Below are positions 12,306 to 25,533 of a DNA stretch of 64,000 nucleotides, one piece after another. The position numbers and the translations under genes are program-made. The stretch covers positions 88,784,001 through 88,848,000 of the forward strand of contig OX597822.1 in assembly GCA_951406725.2 (NCBI GenBank), given 5' to 3'. Source of the stretch: Octopus vulgaris (Eukaryota). The notes beneath the pieces were generated by a model. It saw only the letters and a list, made by a program, of their open reading frames with translations, did not search any database and was not told where the DNA came from. Position 1 is the first letter of the stretch; the number at the start of each line of letters is the position of its first letter.

Positions 12306-14827
12306 GTAAGTACTTCCATTTTGTTCAATCACCTTAACTTGAGTAACAATCTAATTACTAAAAACAACGATTAAGAAAATAAACTTGTGAATAGATCTCC
12401 TTCATATTACAATTTATCGCAAAGTTAATCACTGATAATTGACATCTCACACGTTTCATGCTGCATTTAGAAGTATGCCTGATGATGTGAGTATAGGGAA
12501 AAACATCATTTACTTGTCAAAAAAGAATAAAAGAGGAGACAGAAAAGAACAATATATCAAGTAAAGGAGGACATTGTAGCATGACCCCATCTGAGATTCA
12601 AACCATAGCTCTCAGATGTTCCCAGTCTAAGACCATGAATTAATTTATCTCTGAATAATGATATTAAAAATACAAGAATATGGCTTGATGAATATGTACT
12701 AGCGGACTTAATATCGTTGACATGATACAGGGCAAAGTAATGCAGATTTTCCTGCCAAAAAGTTTGGCCAAAGATTCTAGAAGCTGGCTTACAGCTATAA
12801 AAGCCAACAAATACAACCTCAGGCCAGAGAACCATTAAGGCATACCATGAAATCTATGTTACTTGTAGTGAGCTGGTCTTTCTCTCCATCTTTCATTTCC
12901 CTTATGTAACATACTCAACAAAAGGCACCAACTTTAACTTGTAGTATCAAGTAGTGCTCATCAGTTATATACAGTGATTTAAATTCCTTTCACTATTTTC
13001 AAAATATTTAGCAACTTATATGCAGAAGATTCCTAATTATTATGTTCATTGAACGTTGTCCCATTAAATTATATTAAATGTATTTGTAAAATAATGCTGG
13101 TTAAAAAATATTTGGAAACTCTAACTTTAGTGTGGTCATTGTTTACACATGCAATCTACCTCACATTGTGAACAGTAAAGACTATATGATTAACCACCAC
13201 ATTAAAACAGCAAGGAAAGCCAAAAAATCGATATAAAATCCACAAGGTGAATCAAAATAAACCTTTTATGTTTGACAATTTCATCACACCTGTCTGTTAT
13301 ATTAGTGATAGACTAATATAATTTTTAGTGCTCTTTACATTTAATATGTTGAAAAGAACTTAACTACTACTTTTTGTGTGAATGGCATCTCTGAATTATC
13401 AAATTTTTAAACTATTCTACTTTCCTAAACCAACCAATGCATCATCTTGTATATTTACTTAGTAATTCTTTCATTACTATTTAGTCCTTTAGCATTCAGA
13501 TTACTCTATCAAATGTAATCCTTATTAATTCACATTGTTTTGAATTAATAATACATTATCTCATAGCTTTGAGATTTTGATGATGTGACTGTATATTTTT
13601 AGAATGACATTGAAGAGTGGGTGTGAGAGGCCATATCTGGCCAGTTTGAACATAGAACAAGTAGAATATTTTGGCTAAATATGGCTAGTTTAAATACTAA
13701 AGGGTTAAGCAAATATGGTGAAAGCTATGTTTTGCTGAAGAGGTCAGACTGAGAGTGGAGTATTACTTCCCTCTTCTTGCATGAATGAATCACTCTTTGT
13801 TACAACTCTTTGTAGTCCTCATTCCATCTTTGAACTTGATACACAGATTTCACTGCATTTATATTACTAAGGCTTTTATATCATTTTTCATATCTAGAAC
13901 CCTATAACTAATTTTTATTTTTATTTTACTGTTTTTCTGTTATTGGACAATGGCCATGCTAGGGCACTGCCTTTAGTCAGTAATTTATATTGACCCAAAA
14001 AGTATGGCATTCATTTTCATTCATCATTGTTTGTTGAATGGTTGAGTTAACCTATTTCCAAAAAATTACCTGCAGCACCTTGAACCCTTTTGATACCAAC
14101 CCACCTGAGACCACCACTGTAACATGAATTTCCTGTTTTAAGATTATATAAATTAAAGCTTTCCATCAGAATTTCATGTTTTAAAGTGATCTAAATTAAA
14201 ACCTTTCATCAAAATTTCATTTTAAGTTGGTAACAGGAAAGGCATCCAGCTCAATAATGATGAAGTTATTGTAATAAATTCTTCATTATCTTAAACATTA
14301 ATTGAAATAAAGGCAGTGTGTTTCAACAGAACTATGATAATAAAAGAATTTCCCTTTACCAAATTTTGCTCAAAAGGTAAAGGTCGACTTCACACTATAA
14401 CCCAAGAACTTGTGTAATGAGAATGAATATGGAATCACGTGGTTTTTATGTGAACTTCTTAACCACATGGCCATACTTCTCTCTTAGAATTCTAATTTAG
14501 TGAAATTTATAAGATCTGTCATGTTTTAAGCCTGTTTTTAATTCCACCTAAAGTAAAATTGCTATTAATAAGATCAAATGGACTTTTTCTTCCCAATGTA
14601 ACAGATATCAATGTTTTTAAAATCATTTTACATAAAATAGGTAATCTTGATGACTAAACTGCACTTTTCATTACCAGTCTGATCTATCTTATTTAAAACA
14701 ACATTGTTTTGATTTTTCTAATTAAGAAATATGACTTCAAGTGTGCCAGAGACGATTAAATATAAATGTTCAAGTCTCTTTACAATTTCAGTTTCAGTCT
14801 GATTAAAGAGACATTTTTTCTGTAACT

Positions 14828-15055
14828 TTAACCCTTTTGTTACCATATTTCTGTTGAAAACCATTGCCTTTGTTTTAATTAGTTCTGAAAATAAAGAAGA
14901 ATTTAGTAAAAATAACTTTGTCATTATTAAGCTGGTGTTTGCAACATAAATTAATGTGAGATTTTGATGGAAGGTGTTAATTTAGGTCACTTTAAAGCAG
15001 AAAGTTTGTCATAGAACCAGAGGTGGTTTTAGGTGAGTTGGTGTTAAAGGGTTAA
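14828..15055. mobile_element. piggyBac-type MITE (TTAACCC...GGGTTAA)
   Basis: TTAACCCTTT start and AAAGGGTTAA end; related copies near 13.5-13.7, 14.1-14.3 and 50.2-50.55 kb. Confidence 0.7.
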
Positions 15056-15148
15056 ATAAAATTCTGTCAAATTTATTTTCTCTTTATGTTTTAATGTATT
15101 AAAAATATCAATAAAATTTTTCTTTTTTAATTCAATTTTTAACTTCAG

Positions 15149-15329
15149 ATTACTTATTCTTGGAATCATTGAGCTCTGCTGGAATACATACCCTTCAACT
15201 AACTGGAGTAGTGGTCTTCTTCATTTATGCCATTGTATACTTTTATATCAAATGTGGCAGAGTCCAATTTATTACCCTATGTGCCTCCACATTAACTGTA
15301 ACTGTGAGAAAGAGAAAAAGTCAAAATAA
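15149..15329 (+). CDS. ALG3: ALG3 last coding exon
   Basis: TTCAG acceptor ends at 15148. Translates (K)[59 protein letters not shown], with the conserved ELxWNTYPST motif; TAA at 15327-15329. Confidence 0.96.
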
Positions 15330-15733
15330 TAAAGAAAAAATACATGTGAAAGAAAGCCATTATCATTTTAAACTGTTGAAAATTTGCAGTGACAGCAAAA
15401 CTAATTTTTTGAAAATCTCAGTGTGAGTTGTTATGTACTAATATTTGTTTGTAAAATATATTTTATTAAAAATATGTTTGTGTGTATTTATTACCACTAC
15501 CCAAAGTGATATTTTTCATATTGATTATTGAATAATCAAAGCCCAATAATTGATTGTTTCTACTCTAGCTCTGGAAAAATATAAGCAATGATTTTAACTA
15601 AAAAGGAACAAAGCTATGTGCTGTAAAATATATCAAAAGATTTTTTTGTTGATTCACTGATCTCAGCAGCCTTGTCTAAAATCTTAACGTTATTAATGAT
15701 ACACAGTGGTAGCCAGCCACAGAATCTGTCAAC

Positions 15734-16446
15734 ACTAGACTTTGAGATAAACTAACTTTGCAAGAGTATTACTTACAATGACATATTTATTTTTTACAAA
15801 ATAAAGAACATTATTTTGCCATAATGTTTTGACCTTTGCTATTAACTGGGTTTCAGAAACACAAAAATCAACAAACTTTACTTTTATATTCTTAAAACGA
15901 GCAAAACGCCCTCCACCCATCCAATGGACAGTGCTGAATCATATCTGCTGAATAAAAAGCAATCAGTGTTTTTGTTTCATTAAAAAATAATTAAGCATGC
16001 TTTTATTTCAATAAAATTTTTAGTTTTGTTAAACGAAGTTAAGGCAAAAAAAAACTTCTTGAGAAACCAAATAGTCTTTCCTTCCTTCATGCCAAGTTTG
16101 AAGAAAATATATCTTTTGCATCTTACTTTTTTGGTCATTTAAATATACTGCATTTTGTGGCATTATTTCAAGCTGGCTTTTTTTGCGCAAACTGCACAAG
16201 CATTTTTCTTGTGTACACGTAGTATCGATCGCAACAGCTGATGTACTTGCGCATACAAATGCATGTTCCCACGGCTTTATCGATCGCATTCTCACCTGGA
16301 ATCGATTTTTGTAATTTTTTCAAGACTTATACACGCCCTGATACCGTAGGTATCTACATGTCAAATTTGAGCGCAATCAGATGGAGGATGCCCAAGATCC
16401 TAGAAGACACATACACAGACAGACAGAACGGATTTTATATAATAGA
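15734..16446 (-). mobile_element. Possible non-autonomous Helitron-like element
   Basis: Minus-strand 5' end TCTATTATATAAAATCCG followed by (TCTG)n, and a CTAGT at the other end. Confidence 0.4.
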
Positions 16447-16942
16447 TTATTTATTTTACACACATCTTTATACATGCAAAAACAGATTTGTAGATGGAGG
16501 CTGAAAGAAGCCTGCCATATGTACATGTGTGTTACTGTCTCCTTGCCTAGGCTTCGTGTGATAGTTGTAAATGAATGTTATCATGCAAGCATGGAAAAGT
16601 GGATGTTAAAATGATGATATATATACATCTATATATAATATTATAGGTGCAGGCATGGCTGTGTAGTTTAAGAAGGTCTCTTTTCAACCATGTGGTTTCG
16701 GATTCAGCACCTTTGCATAGCATTATTGTCAAATGTCTTCTACTATAGCCCCAGGTCAACTAAAGCCTTGAAAGTGGATTTGGTAGACAAAAACCTAAAA
16801 GAAGCTTGTCGTGTGCGTATGTATGTGTGCATGTTTGCTTGTCTTGGTATCATGTAATAATCATGAGTATCAACAGTATTAAACCATTATCTTTCATTTT
16901 CAGTCTTCTATGGAAACATATCTGGCCATGGGATCACATTAC

Positions 16943-17920
16943 TGTTGTGGAAGGATTCCGACCACTCCAACAAGTGACTAATGGTGAACTGACTCATTGT
17001 TATAAAATAAAGAACTGCAAGCGATTGGCAGTTCGGGTTGGTAAGCAGTTCACTGTGAGCTATGATTGAGAGCATTGAGCCTCGTGTAATAGTGATTGCA
17101 TTGTGTCATGTAAATACTTTTTTCCCCCCTGCTTCATTAAATTATATATCCAACACATGGATATAAAAGTGGCGACAAGTTGTTCAAAGCTTGTATTGGA
17201 CACTAATAATTTTTTTTAGTATGAAACCAAAGAAAAATTGTTTTAACATGGAAGATCTATTGGCCTCTGTGGTGCAGTTACAACAGCAACAACAACAAAA
17301 CCAACAGTTGCTGGAATTAATGTTGAAGAAATCTGAAAATACTTCAGGTTCATACTCACCAGACAGTGTAGCAAACTTACTTGAAGAATTCAGTTATAAT
17401 CCAGAAGAAATTACCTTCTCCGCATATTTTCAAACATACAAAAAATCTTCAAAGAAGAATGTAAAAGTTGGTCTGATGAGAAAAAAGTAAGACTACTTTT
17501 AAGAAAGTTATTCCCTGCTGAACATGAAAAAATAGTGATTATTTTCTGCCAAAGAAACTAGGTGAGATTTGTTTCAATGAAACAATTTACTGGAAAGTTT
17601 CAGTGTAAGAAGTTCCCTGTTCAATATTCACTGGCATTGTTTAAATTTGGTCAAAAAAGATGATGAAGATTTTGTCACCTATGCCAGAGAGTGTGATAAA
17701 TTCAAATTGAATGAGTTTACGCTGGACATGTTCAAGTGTTTAATTTTTGCTCAAGGGCTTACTGCAAGCAGATATTAACAAAATTAGAACAGCACCAAAA
17801 TTTAACTCTACTCTGAAGAATTTCAGATTAATAATCTTAGACATGACGCAAATAAAATTGAAGTAAAGGAATGCTCTCATATTCAGGCGTGTCAACCGGT
17901 AACAAATGAGAAAAAATGTC
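16943..17920 (+). mobile_element. Ty3/Gypsy LTR retrotransposon relic: 5' LTR (16943-17155), PBS and decayed gag
   Basis: LTR termini TGTTG...CAACA; PBS-like TGGCGAC at 17170-17176; ORF 17191-17490 contains EFSYNPEEITFSAYF and is followed by frameshifted DEKKVRLLLRKL, typical of K02A2.6-like gag. Confidence 0.8.
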
Positions 17921-19435
17921 AAGACCAATAGATAAATACTTAAATGTAGATAATAAGTAACATTTAGGAATAAAATTAGAGTAGGCCACAGCCTGACTAG
18001 TAACTCAGCTACCATCATAGCCTTGAATAATAATAAGAAAACTAGACACATTCTATGAAGCTAGGAAAATTAGGAACAATAAATGTAAGTAACCAACAGA
18101 CTAATAGAGCAAATCCCACCACTAATGAACCACCTCCTAGTAACATAGACAAAGACCAGAGTAGTAATAGCCCCCCATAACACAACACGAACACAGATAT
18201 ACCTAATAATTTGTGTGGCTGCATGGATAGAAGTAAGTACCAATTCTCTAATAGATGTAAACACTAAAAACGTAGTTTACTAACGTGACGTACACACAGA
18301 TAGCCATATAAAATCCTATATAGGAGATACATAAAACTAAATGATACTTAGGTACAACTCACACCAACTTAGCTTCAAAAATAGGAGTAAGGAAAATTCA
18401 ACAGGGCTTAGCTATATCTGGCAGCTTAAGGATAAAAAAAATAGGATATAGACTAGAATGGCGCATACGCACAAAAACAACTTCTTACAACTCTACCAAT
18501 AGATGGTGCAATCCCTGTTTAACCAAATGACTGGAAATTCTAATGGCTAAAACACCTCTTCTTAATAGAAAATACGAGAACAGTAATTTTTGTCTTCATA
18601 TAGGTCTCTTTGTCTTTTCCAAGTATCAGTAAACCCACTTGACCCTGTACAAATCCTACACTAGCATCTTCACCTAAATAATCCCATTTAGCCAGGAACC
18701 ACCTACTTACAAACATTCACCTCCCAAGCCCCACTCGCTTTACATACCCGATAATAAATTATTTTACACCTACACAGGGCTTCCTCCATTACTACGAACT
18801 TCCTACAACTCTAAGTCCCAAAGACACATAAATTCCTTACTCACCCCAGACTGAGTAATCCGGATAGATTTAGCTCCCTTTTCACCATGAGTTAGAGTTA
18901 ACCCCCTTCCTTTACACCGCTGATGAAAAATCTAGCCAGAATAAACATGTGGAAAATATGCTTAGTTAAACTTGGGACTACAGATCAAAATAACCTCCAC
19001 CCTACATCCACTTCATAGCAGAATTAACAACTAAGAAATCTACTATAACGTAAGACTCGCCATTCTTTGTTGTTATTCCTGTTACCAATGTATCCCAATG
19101 TCTTTCATTCTTCTTACCGCTACATATGACTCTGCATTCTGATGATGTCTACCACTACAACTGGTAAACAGAAACGATCGTAAATGTACTATTACTACCA
19201 CTTTTCTTTATTAATTAATTAAATTAATGGCTTACTAGTGCAAACAACCAACTTCTTCCTGTTACTTTTCCTCCATTTTCTTCTTGCATATAATTTAAAC
19301 TATGGTTTACCCACTGAATTACCTGCTACCATATTATACCTTTTATCAAGGACTGTACCTACATAGGTAATCACCAAGACACGCCATTGGATTTAACCAT
19401 CTCTTAGAGCTTTTAAACACCTCTAACTTATACCT
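17920..19435 (+). mobile_element. Penelope-like retroelement (Neptune-like) 3' fragment with degenerate GIY-YIG endonuclease and pLTR region
   Basis: Disrupted translation gives KIRVGHS..IIA, CGC..C..NVVY, YIGDT, RYNSHQLSFKN..STGLS-YIWQLKDK, LEWRI, CNPCL, LLNRKYE; a hammerhead lies downstream; ends in a TA microsatellite. Clade assignment is from motif recall. Confidence 0.85.
19133..19188 (+). ncRNA. Type I hammerhead ribozyme (minimal, Penelope-type)
   Basis: Stem I TGCATT/AATGTA, core CTGATGA 19139-19145, stem II TGTCTACCA/TGGTAAACA, GAAA 19171-19174, palindromic helix III CGATCG, GUA cleavage triplet ending at 19182. Confidence 0.85.
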
Positions 19436-19599
19436 ATATATATATATATACACACACACATATATATATATATATATACACACACATTTATATATATAGA
19501 TACATTTGTGTATATATACATATATATATATATATACATACATTTATAGATATATATACATACATTTATATAAATATATATATATATATCTGTATGTAT

Positions 19600-20730
19600 A
19601 TATATAAGTGGTAGGATGTGTGTGTGTGTGTACGTGAATGTAATTTATACACGTCCACAAATTAGCACGCATGTCGCTCCAATTTTAGGAGGACATTCGT
19701 CACGACCCTAGCTTTATTTTCGTCAAATTATTTTCCCCCGAGGCACCAGCAAATAGCGGTAGAAGTAAATTTTCGACCATAATTTAACAATTTTCACGGC
19801 AGAGAAATCCACCATTGTTCACAAACATGAGTTAAGTCCCCGTCTAGTGATGGTGTAAAGAGAGGGAGGGAGAGGGAGAGAGAGATAACAAATTTTTAAA
19901 ATTTCATCTTTTTACTGACAGGCAAAAACAGACAGACGGTTGTTGTTATGTATGTATGTGTGAATGGCTTCAGTCACACACACACACACGAGCATGTATG
20001 CGTACAAAACACATGTATGCAATGTGTGTGTGTGTTGCCTGTATATATATATATATATAAAACGATATTCTCCGTTTCTCCACAATTTCCAAATTAGCTG
20101 AATCCGTTGCTTTACTTATAACGATATATAGCTGGTCGTGCGTGAACATGGGAGAGAGCAGAAGTTACCAGAGCAAAAGACCTACGTGTTGATTGTAGAC
20201 ACGCCCCTTCGCAAACGATCAGCTATTATTTTGTAAACAATGTTTCGAAACTGTTCGTGTTTTCGAAAGGAGAGATCTGACTCTCACATCTCTGTGGGAG
20301 AAGGTAGGCCTCTCTATTCCACTTACAAAACTTACATCCGGGTGCTAAATTTGCATTTTGTAAACAATGTTTCAAAACTGTCCATGTTTTCGAAAGGAGA
20401 GATCTGACTCTTTTCAACCATAACGTCTACCAATTTTGATGTATTTTGTTCAAACTTGATGCCAGCATTACTTGGAACTCAATGGATCTTTGAATGCTTT
20501 AAGTTCTCCAAAAACGAAAAAAAAATAATAATCGATGAGTGGAAAAAATGATTCGTTATGGGATTTCCCAATCAAATTGTCTTCAAAATTCCAGCCAAAA
20601 GTTTACCAATTTCAACAGATTTCACTCAAATTTGACGTTGATGTTACTTTTTCGCTTTGAAATAAAGAGCTTGATTAGCTTAATAATCCCAACTTAATCT
20701 CGAGCAAAGCCGGGCTATACTGCTGGTATA
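19600..20730 (+). mobile_element. CpG-rich repeat(s), Helitron-like 3' end
   Basis: Ends CGAGCAAAGCCGGGCTATACTGCTGGT, resembling Helitron termini; internal ~57-bp direct repeat near 20228 and 20355. Confidence 0.45.
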
Positions 20731-22659
20731 TATATATATATATATAAACATATATTTATATATGTATACATTTTTATATACATTTTATACACTATGCTTT
20801 CTGTCGATTTCCTCAGCCCCCTTCCTAACACACACTGCTCCTTGCTTTTTGGCTTTAGATATTGATATACAAAGATTTGATAAACAAGTCTACAAATTAA
20901 AACTGACCCCAAAAAAAACAGTGACAAGCTGAATCTCTAACAAGTCTTTCTTCCTGATACCTTAGGAGCTTCTAAGTGGAAGTGAAAACAGCATGTTCTT
21001 TGTCTATTTCCTTACCTCCTTGGAGGTTTTAGGTAAAATTATACTAATGTGTCCATCTGTTTTAATTTAATTTAATTCTGTCTTTATGCAGCTGAGGATT
21101 GCTCTGCATTTAAATTGATGTAATGATAGCATTGTTAAATGGAGCACCACATAAAAAGCACATACACTTTGTTAAGTGGTTGGCATTAGGAAGGGCATCC
21201 AGCAGCAGAAACCATGCCAAAATAGACATGGAACCTGAACAGCATTTCAGCTGTTCAACTCCTATCAAACTGTCTCGCCCATGCCAGCATGGAAAACAGA
21301 TGTTAAATGATTATATAATAACAGATGTTAAATGATTATATAACAACTTCTTCCACTTTTCCCCCTTGTGGTATTATGGACATGTCTCTATCTAGTGATC
21401 TGTCTATCTCACTTACAGGTGCTATATTGATAGGCAAAGAACTTTCAATTTGTCAGAAACTCCCATATAGACCACAAAGGATATATTTGGTAGATGTGTG
21501 ATCTTGTTGATAATGACAGTGGTGAATGGTTAAATAGTTCTTCCAGCACTCTTACATATTCTCAATGATGATGATGGTGATAATATTGTCAGTAAAATGG
21601 CAAATAATAGTTTCTTCCAACGCTTGTAGATTTTCGTGTTCTTGGAGATCCCAGAATATCATAAAAGACCTTAACACATGGTCTTGATTTACTTTATAGC
21701 AGTTGAGCTGGCATACTGAGTTGCTACCTGAACTAAAGCTAAGCAAACTAATTTATTTTATTCAGCCTTTCCAAATTTGTTGCTCTTTTATATACATGAC
21801 CATATAATTGCATTAAAATTTTCTTTAGTCCCTACAGCCTCTCCCCACCTCAATTTCTCTGTTTGAAGTCTCTCTTAAGAATAGTAATAATATCATCTCT
21901 CTCTTTCTGTGATATGGACATGTCTTTATCTACCGATCTATCTTTCTCACAGGTACTAAATATAAGGGCTCTCTATCAACAAGCAATAACTTTAATTTCT
22001 GTCAAATTTTCAGAGGGCTGTCTAATTATATGGTCTCAATTCTATTGTTACTTCTCCCACTCCTCATTGCTACCTTTGTGAAGGAGGTTCAAGTGCATGC
22101 ACAAATATGACTGCTTGTATATTTTGCTTACATCTGCTCACATATGAGTATGTGCTTATGTGCACATAATTATATGTATGTGTATATATGTGTGTGTATA
22201 TATATATATATAATCATTGCAGATGACACCACATAAATATATATGTATATAAGCATCTTGAGGGGACCTACATACATGTTTTTTATATTGTTCAAGTATG
22301 TGCTTATGTGTGTGTGTTTATGTATATATGTTTACACTATGATAATGATAATTTAAAAGGCTATATTATCACAGTGTGCTTGGCTTCTGCATTGCAAAAA
22401 ACTAATTGTTGCTTTGATAATACTGAAAAAAACTCCCACTTCAACCTTATCTACTCTCCCCACCGCACCCCAGTAGCAGTTGCATACCCACAAAAGCTTT
22501 ACTGGACTGAAGGAAATTCAAACTGAAATTCTAATTGTAATTCATGCTGCAACCTGTACCTACCTACACTAAGCACAAGGATCCACTGCCTCCAGACAAG
22601 TAACTGCAAAGATCTATTTAGATGCTGATAACATCCCCCAATTCCCTCCCAGGCTTTCC

Positions 22660-22860
22660 AGGTTTGCAAGCTCGGAGTTGCCACAGCAATGTTGGCACAA
22701 TGAAAGGTAGGTCTGGTGAAATTGTTGAAATGCTTGAGCAGTTGTATGTAGATGTGTGTTGTGTGCATGAGGAACGATGGAGAGGGGCCTCAGCTAAACT
22801 GCTTGTGGACAAGAGACATTGATACAAATTTTTCTGGATGGGCAGCAATGATGGTTTACG
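22660..22860 (+). mobile_element. RTE LINE AP-endonuclease N-terminal fragment
   Basis: NVGTMKGRSGEIVEMLEQLYVDVCCVHEERWRG, typical start of an APE domain. Confidence 0.8.
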
Positions 22861-25467
22861 TTTCATCCCGTAACACTCATCACTTCCACCATCACCTTAG
22901 AGTAGAATAGGCACATAATACATCTGACTTTCTTAGTTATCTTTCTTCCCCACCTGTTTTCATCAATCATCTCCACTCCTCTTCCTGTGCTGCACTCCAT
23001 CATCAACTCCTCACATACCTACAGTAAACCCTAACTCCAAGTTTCTTTCCATCATTTGCTACATTCACCGCATCTTGTACTCTTGACCAGTCCAAGCCTC
23101 TACATCATCTCACCTAGTCTCACTACCCCCATGTTTCTCAAATGCATGCCTCAATACATCCCTGCAATCATCTCTCTCACTATCACTCTTCTTACTACTT
23201 CACAGCAAGACACCTATATCTGTTTCCTCTAAACATTAAACCTCTCAACTGACACAAAGCCACACCCTTCAATACTACTAACCACTCCCAGTTGAGGGAT
23301 TTTTGCATTGCAAGGTACTTGATGACTCACTCAGTCTTAGTGCCACATAAAATGCACCAAGTACACACTGTAAAACGGTTGGCATTAGGAAGGGCATCCA
23401 GCTGTAGAAATTATGCCAAAACAGACAATGGAACTGGCCTCGCCAGCTCCAGTCAAAATTGTCCAACCCACGTGAGAATGGAAAATAGATGTTAAATGAA
23501 GAGGATGATAAATACATATGTGCATATACATATATATTATTGCTGTTATGTTAAACAGGTTTATGTCCAAATTTGGCCAATGCATTTTTTTTGATATTTA
23601 TTTTTGCTTGCAATAGCCGGTTCCTTTGCTGCTTCACATGCCAAGATATCAAAAATTGCCAAAGTGTAGTACAACGGTTTTGTTATGGAATGGTGAAACT
23701 ATTTTTTGTTCTCTGAAAAAGCAACATTTTGGACTTACGACACTTTTGCATAATAGCAACGATATATATATACACACATATATATTATCATCATTTAACA
23801 TCCCATCAACTAAATTTACTCAGAAGCATTGGTTGGCTCAGGGCTAAAGTAGAAGATAGTTGGTGAAGTCGCTGTGCATTGTGACTGAACTCAGAACCAA
23901 GTAGTTGCAAAGCAAGCTTCTTAACCACACAGCCATGTTTATATTGACAATTTATTACAACAGTGAACAATGTAAATCCTTTCCTAGGAAAACTGCTGTA
24001 TAGCTGGTTTCACAACTTCATGAATTTCAAAAGTAGTGTGAGATGTAGGTATGTAGGGCTATGTTTAATTTGTCTCATGAGTCAAAACCAAAAGCTTTAA
24101 CTCCAGTTTCATTTATATCATTCTACTTCTGAAAATCACAAAATTTTGAAATCAGTTCAGTACATGCAAATAAATGTTCTTAAAGACTCCAAGTGTATTT
24201 TCAACTTCTTTCCTTCACACACACTGATTTAAATTATTGATCTATTTTCCTTTGGTACATGCCATATATCACTGTGTTATTGTTTAGCCCCAGGTCAGCT
24301 ATGATTTAGCAGACTTATGATCAAAGTCATTCCAGTTATGACCATTCCATCATTAGATTCATTGTGCCTTTCCTGTTTTCTAGATTTTCTAGATGAGATT
24401 TCTTGTAGGTTAAGCCACCAAGTAGAGGTTCTCTCAATAGGAAACTTTACGCATGACCATTAGAATAGCTGCAACTGATTCCAGTGTATTAATACAGTTA
24501 AGAATTGTGTTACGTAGAATCCAAACCGTTTCTTTTCTATACCAAACTCATATTTCTCAATTATTTACACTTCACATTTTGTGTAATATATTTTACATTA
24601 AAGTTGTTTTTAAATTTTAATTTGTTAATTAACACATGAAAGAATATCTATATAATCTGTACTTCTTGTTCTTACAATGCTTAGTTGTCGTCATCATTTA
24701 ACGCTTGTTTTCTATGTTAGCAAGGGTTGAATGATTTAAAAGGATCTAATAAACCAGAGGACTGTGCTGAGCTCTAATGTCTGCTTTGGCATGGTTTCTA
24801 TGGTTGGATACTCTTCCTAATGCCAACCAGTTTACTGTGTGCTTTTTTCATGGCACTAGCACTATTGAGGTCACTAAGACCCCTTCAACTGAGTGAGAGC
24901 GTAGTATTGAAGGAGGTGACCTTATATCAGGCATTGAGATGTTAGACTATGATAAGACAAGAATAGACGTCTTATTGAAGAGGAGACACATGGTTTCCTA
25001 AGGTGGAAAGAGAGAAGAAAGATGGTGAGGGTGTACTCTCAAAATACAATATGAGACAGAAATAGGAATGAAGGATCAGAAAGGGTGGGTAATATTTAAA
25101 GTTATTAAAAGAAACATTGAAATATAATTTATAGATTTTAATAAAATTTAAATATAAAATATCTATATTCAGAAACATGACAAAAAAAATTGTTTGGTCA
25201 GTTTAAATTTGTGAGCAAAATGCAGCACCTATAATGGTTATTGCAAAATGTTTGAATAACACTGCAGTCATTAAAAGTCACTGCTGTAATTCAATACTTA
25301 GAAACTGTTCTTTCAGAAGTAAAATCATTAAGACAGGATATGGAAGATGAAATTAAAACAGCAATGGCCCATTAACCAGTATTAATAAGTTTTCATCATT
25401 CAATCTGGGCTCAGCTACAAAGCAGAGAAAATAGTTTTCAGCCTTCTTATTCACACAAAGAAAGTGT

Positions 25468-25533
25468 TTACTGGTTGATATTTGGTTGATTAGAAACCTG
25501 CTGTAAAACACCAACCACAAGTCCTTTCAAAAT
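25468..25533 (-). CDS. MLX: MLX last coding exon
   Basis: ILKGLVVGVLQQVSNQPNINQ*; polypyrimidine tract plus CAG acceptor. The seven exons sum to 693 nt (230 aa + stop) in frame. Confidence 0.92.
   Translation of the reverse strand: MLKGLVVGVLQQVSNQPNINQ

Noticed and set aside
12479-12594. Possible intronic C/D snoRNA or hammerhead (CTGATGA ... CTGA)
   Set aside because: Non-consensus C box, no terminal stem, no recognisable guide, and no valid GAAA/UH half.
17191-17490. Poly-Q ORF as a host gene
   Set aside because: It follows an LTR and PBS, is frameshifted, and matches Gypsy gag motifs.
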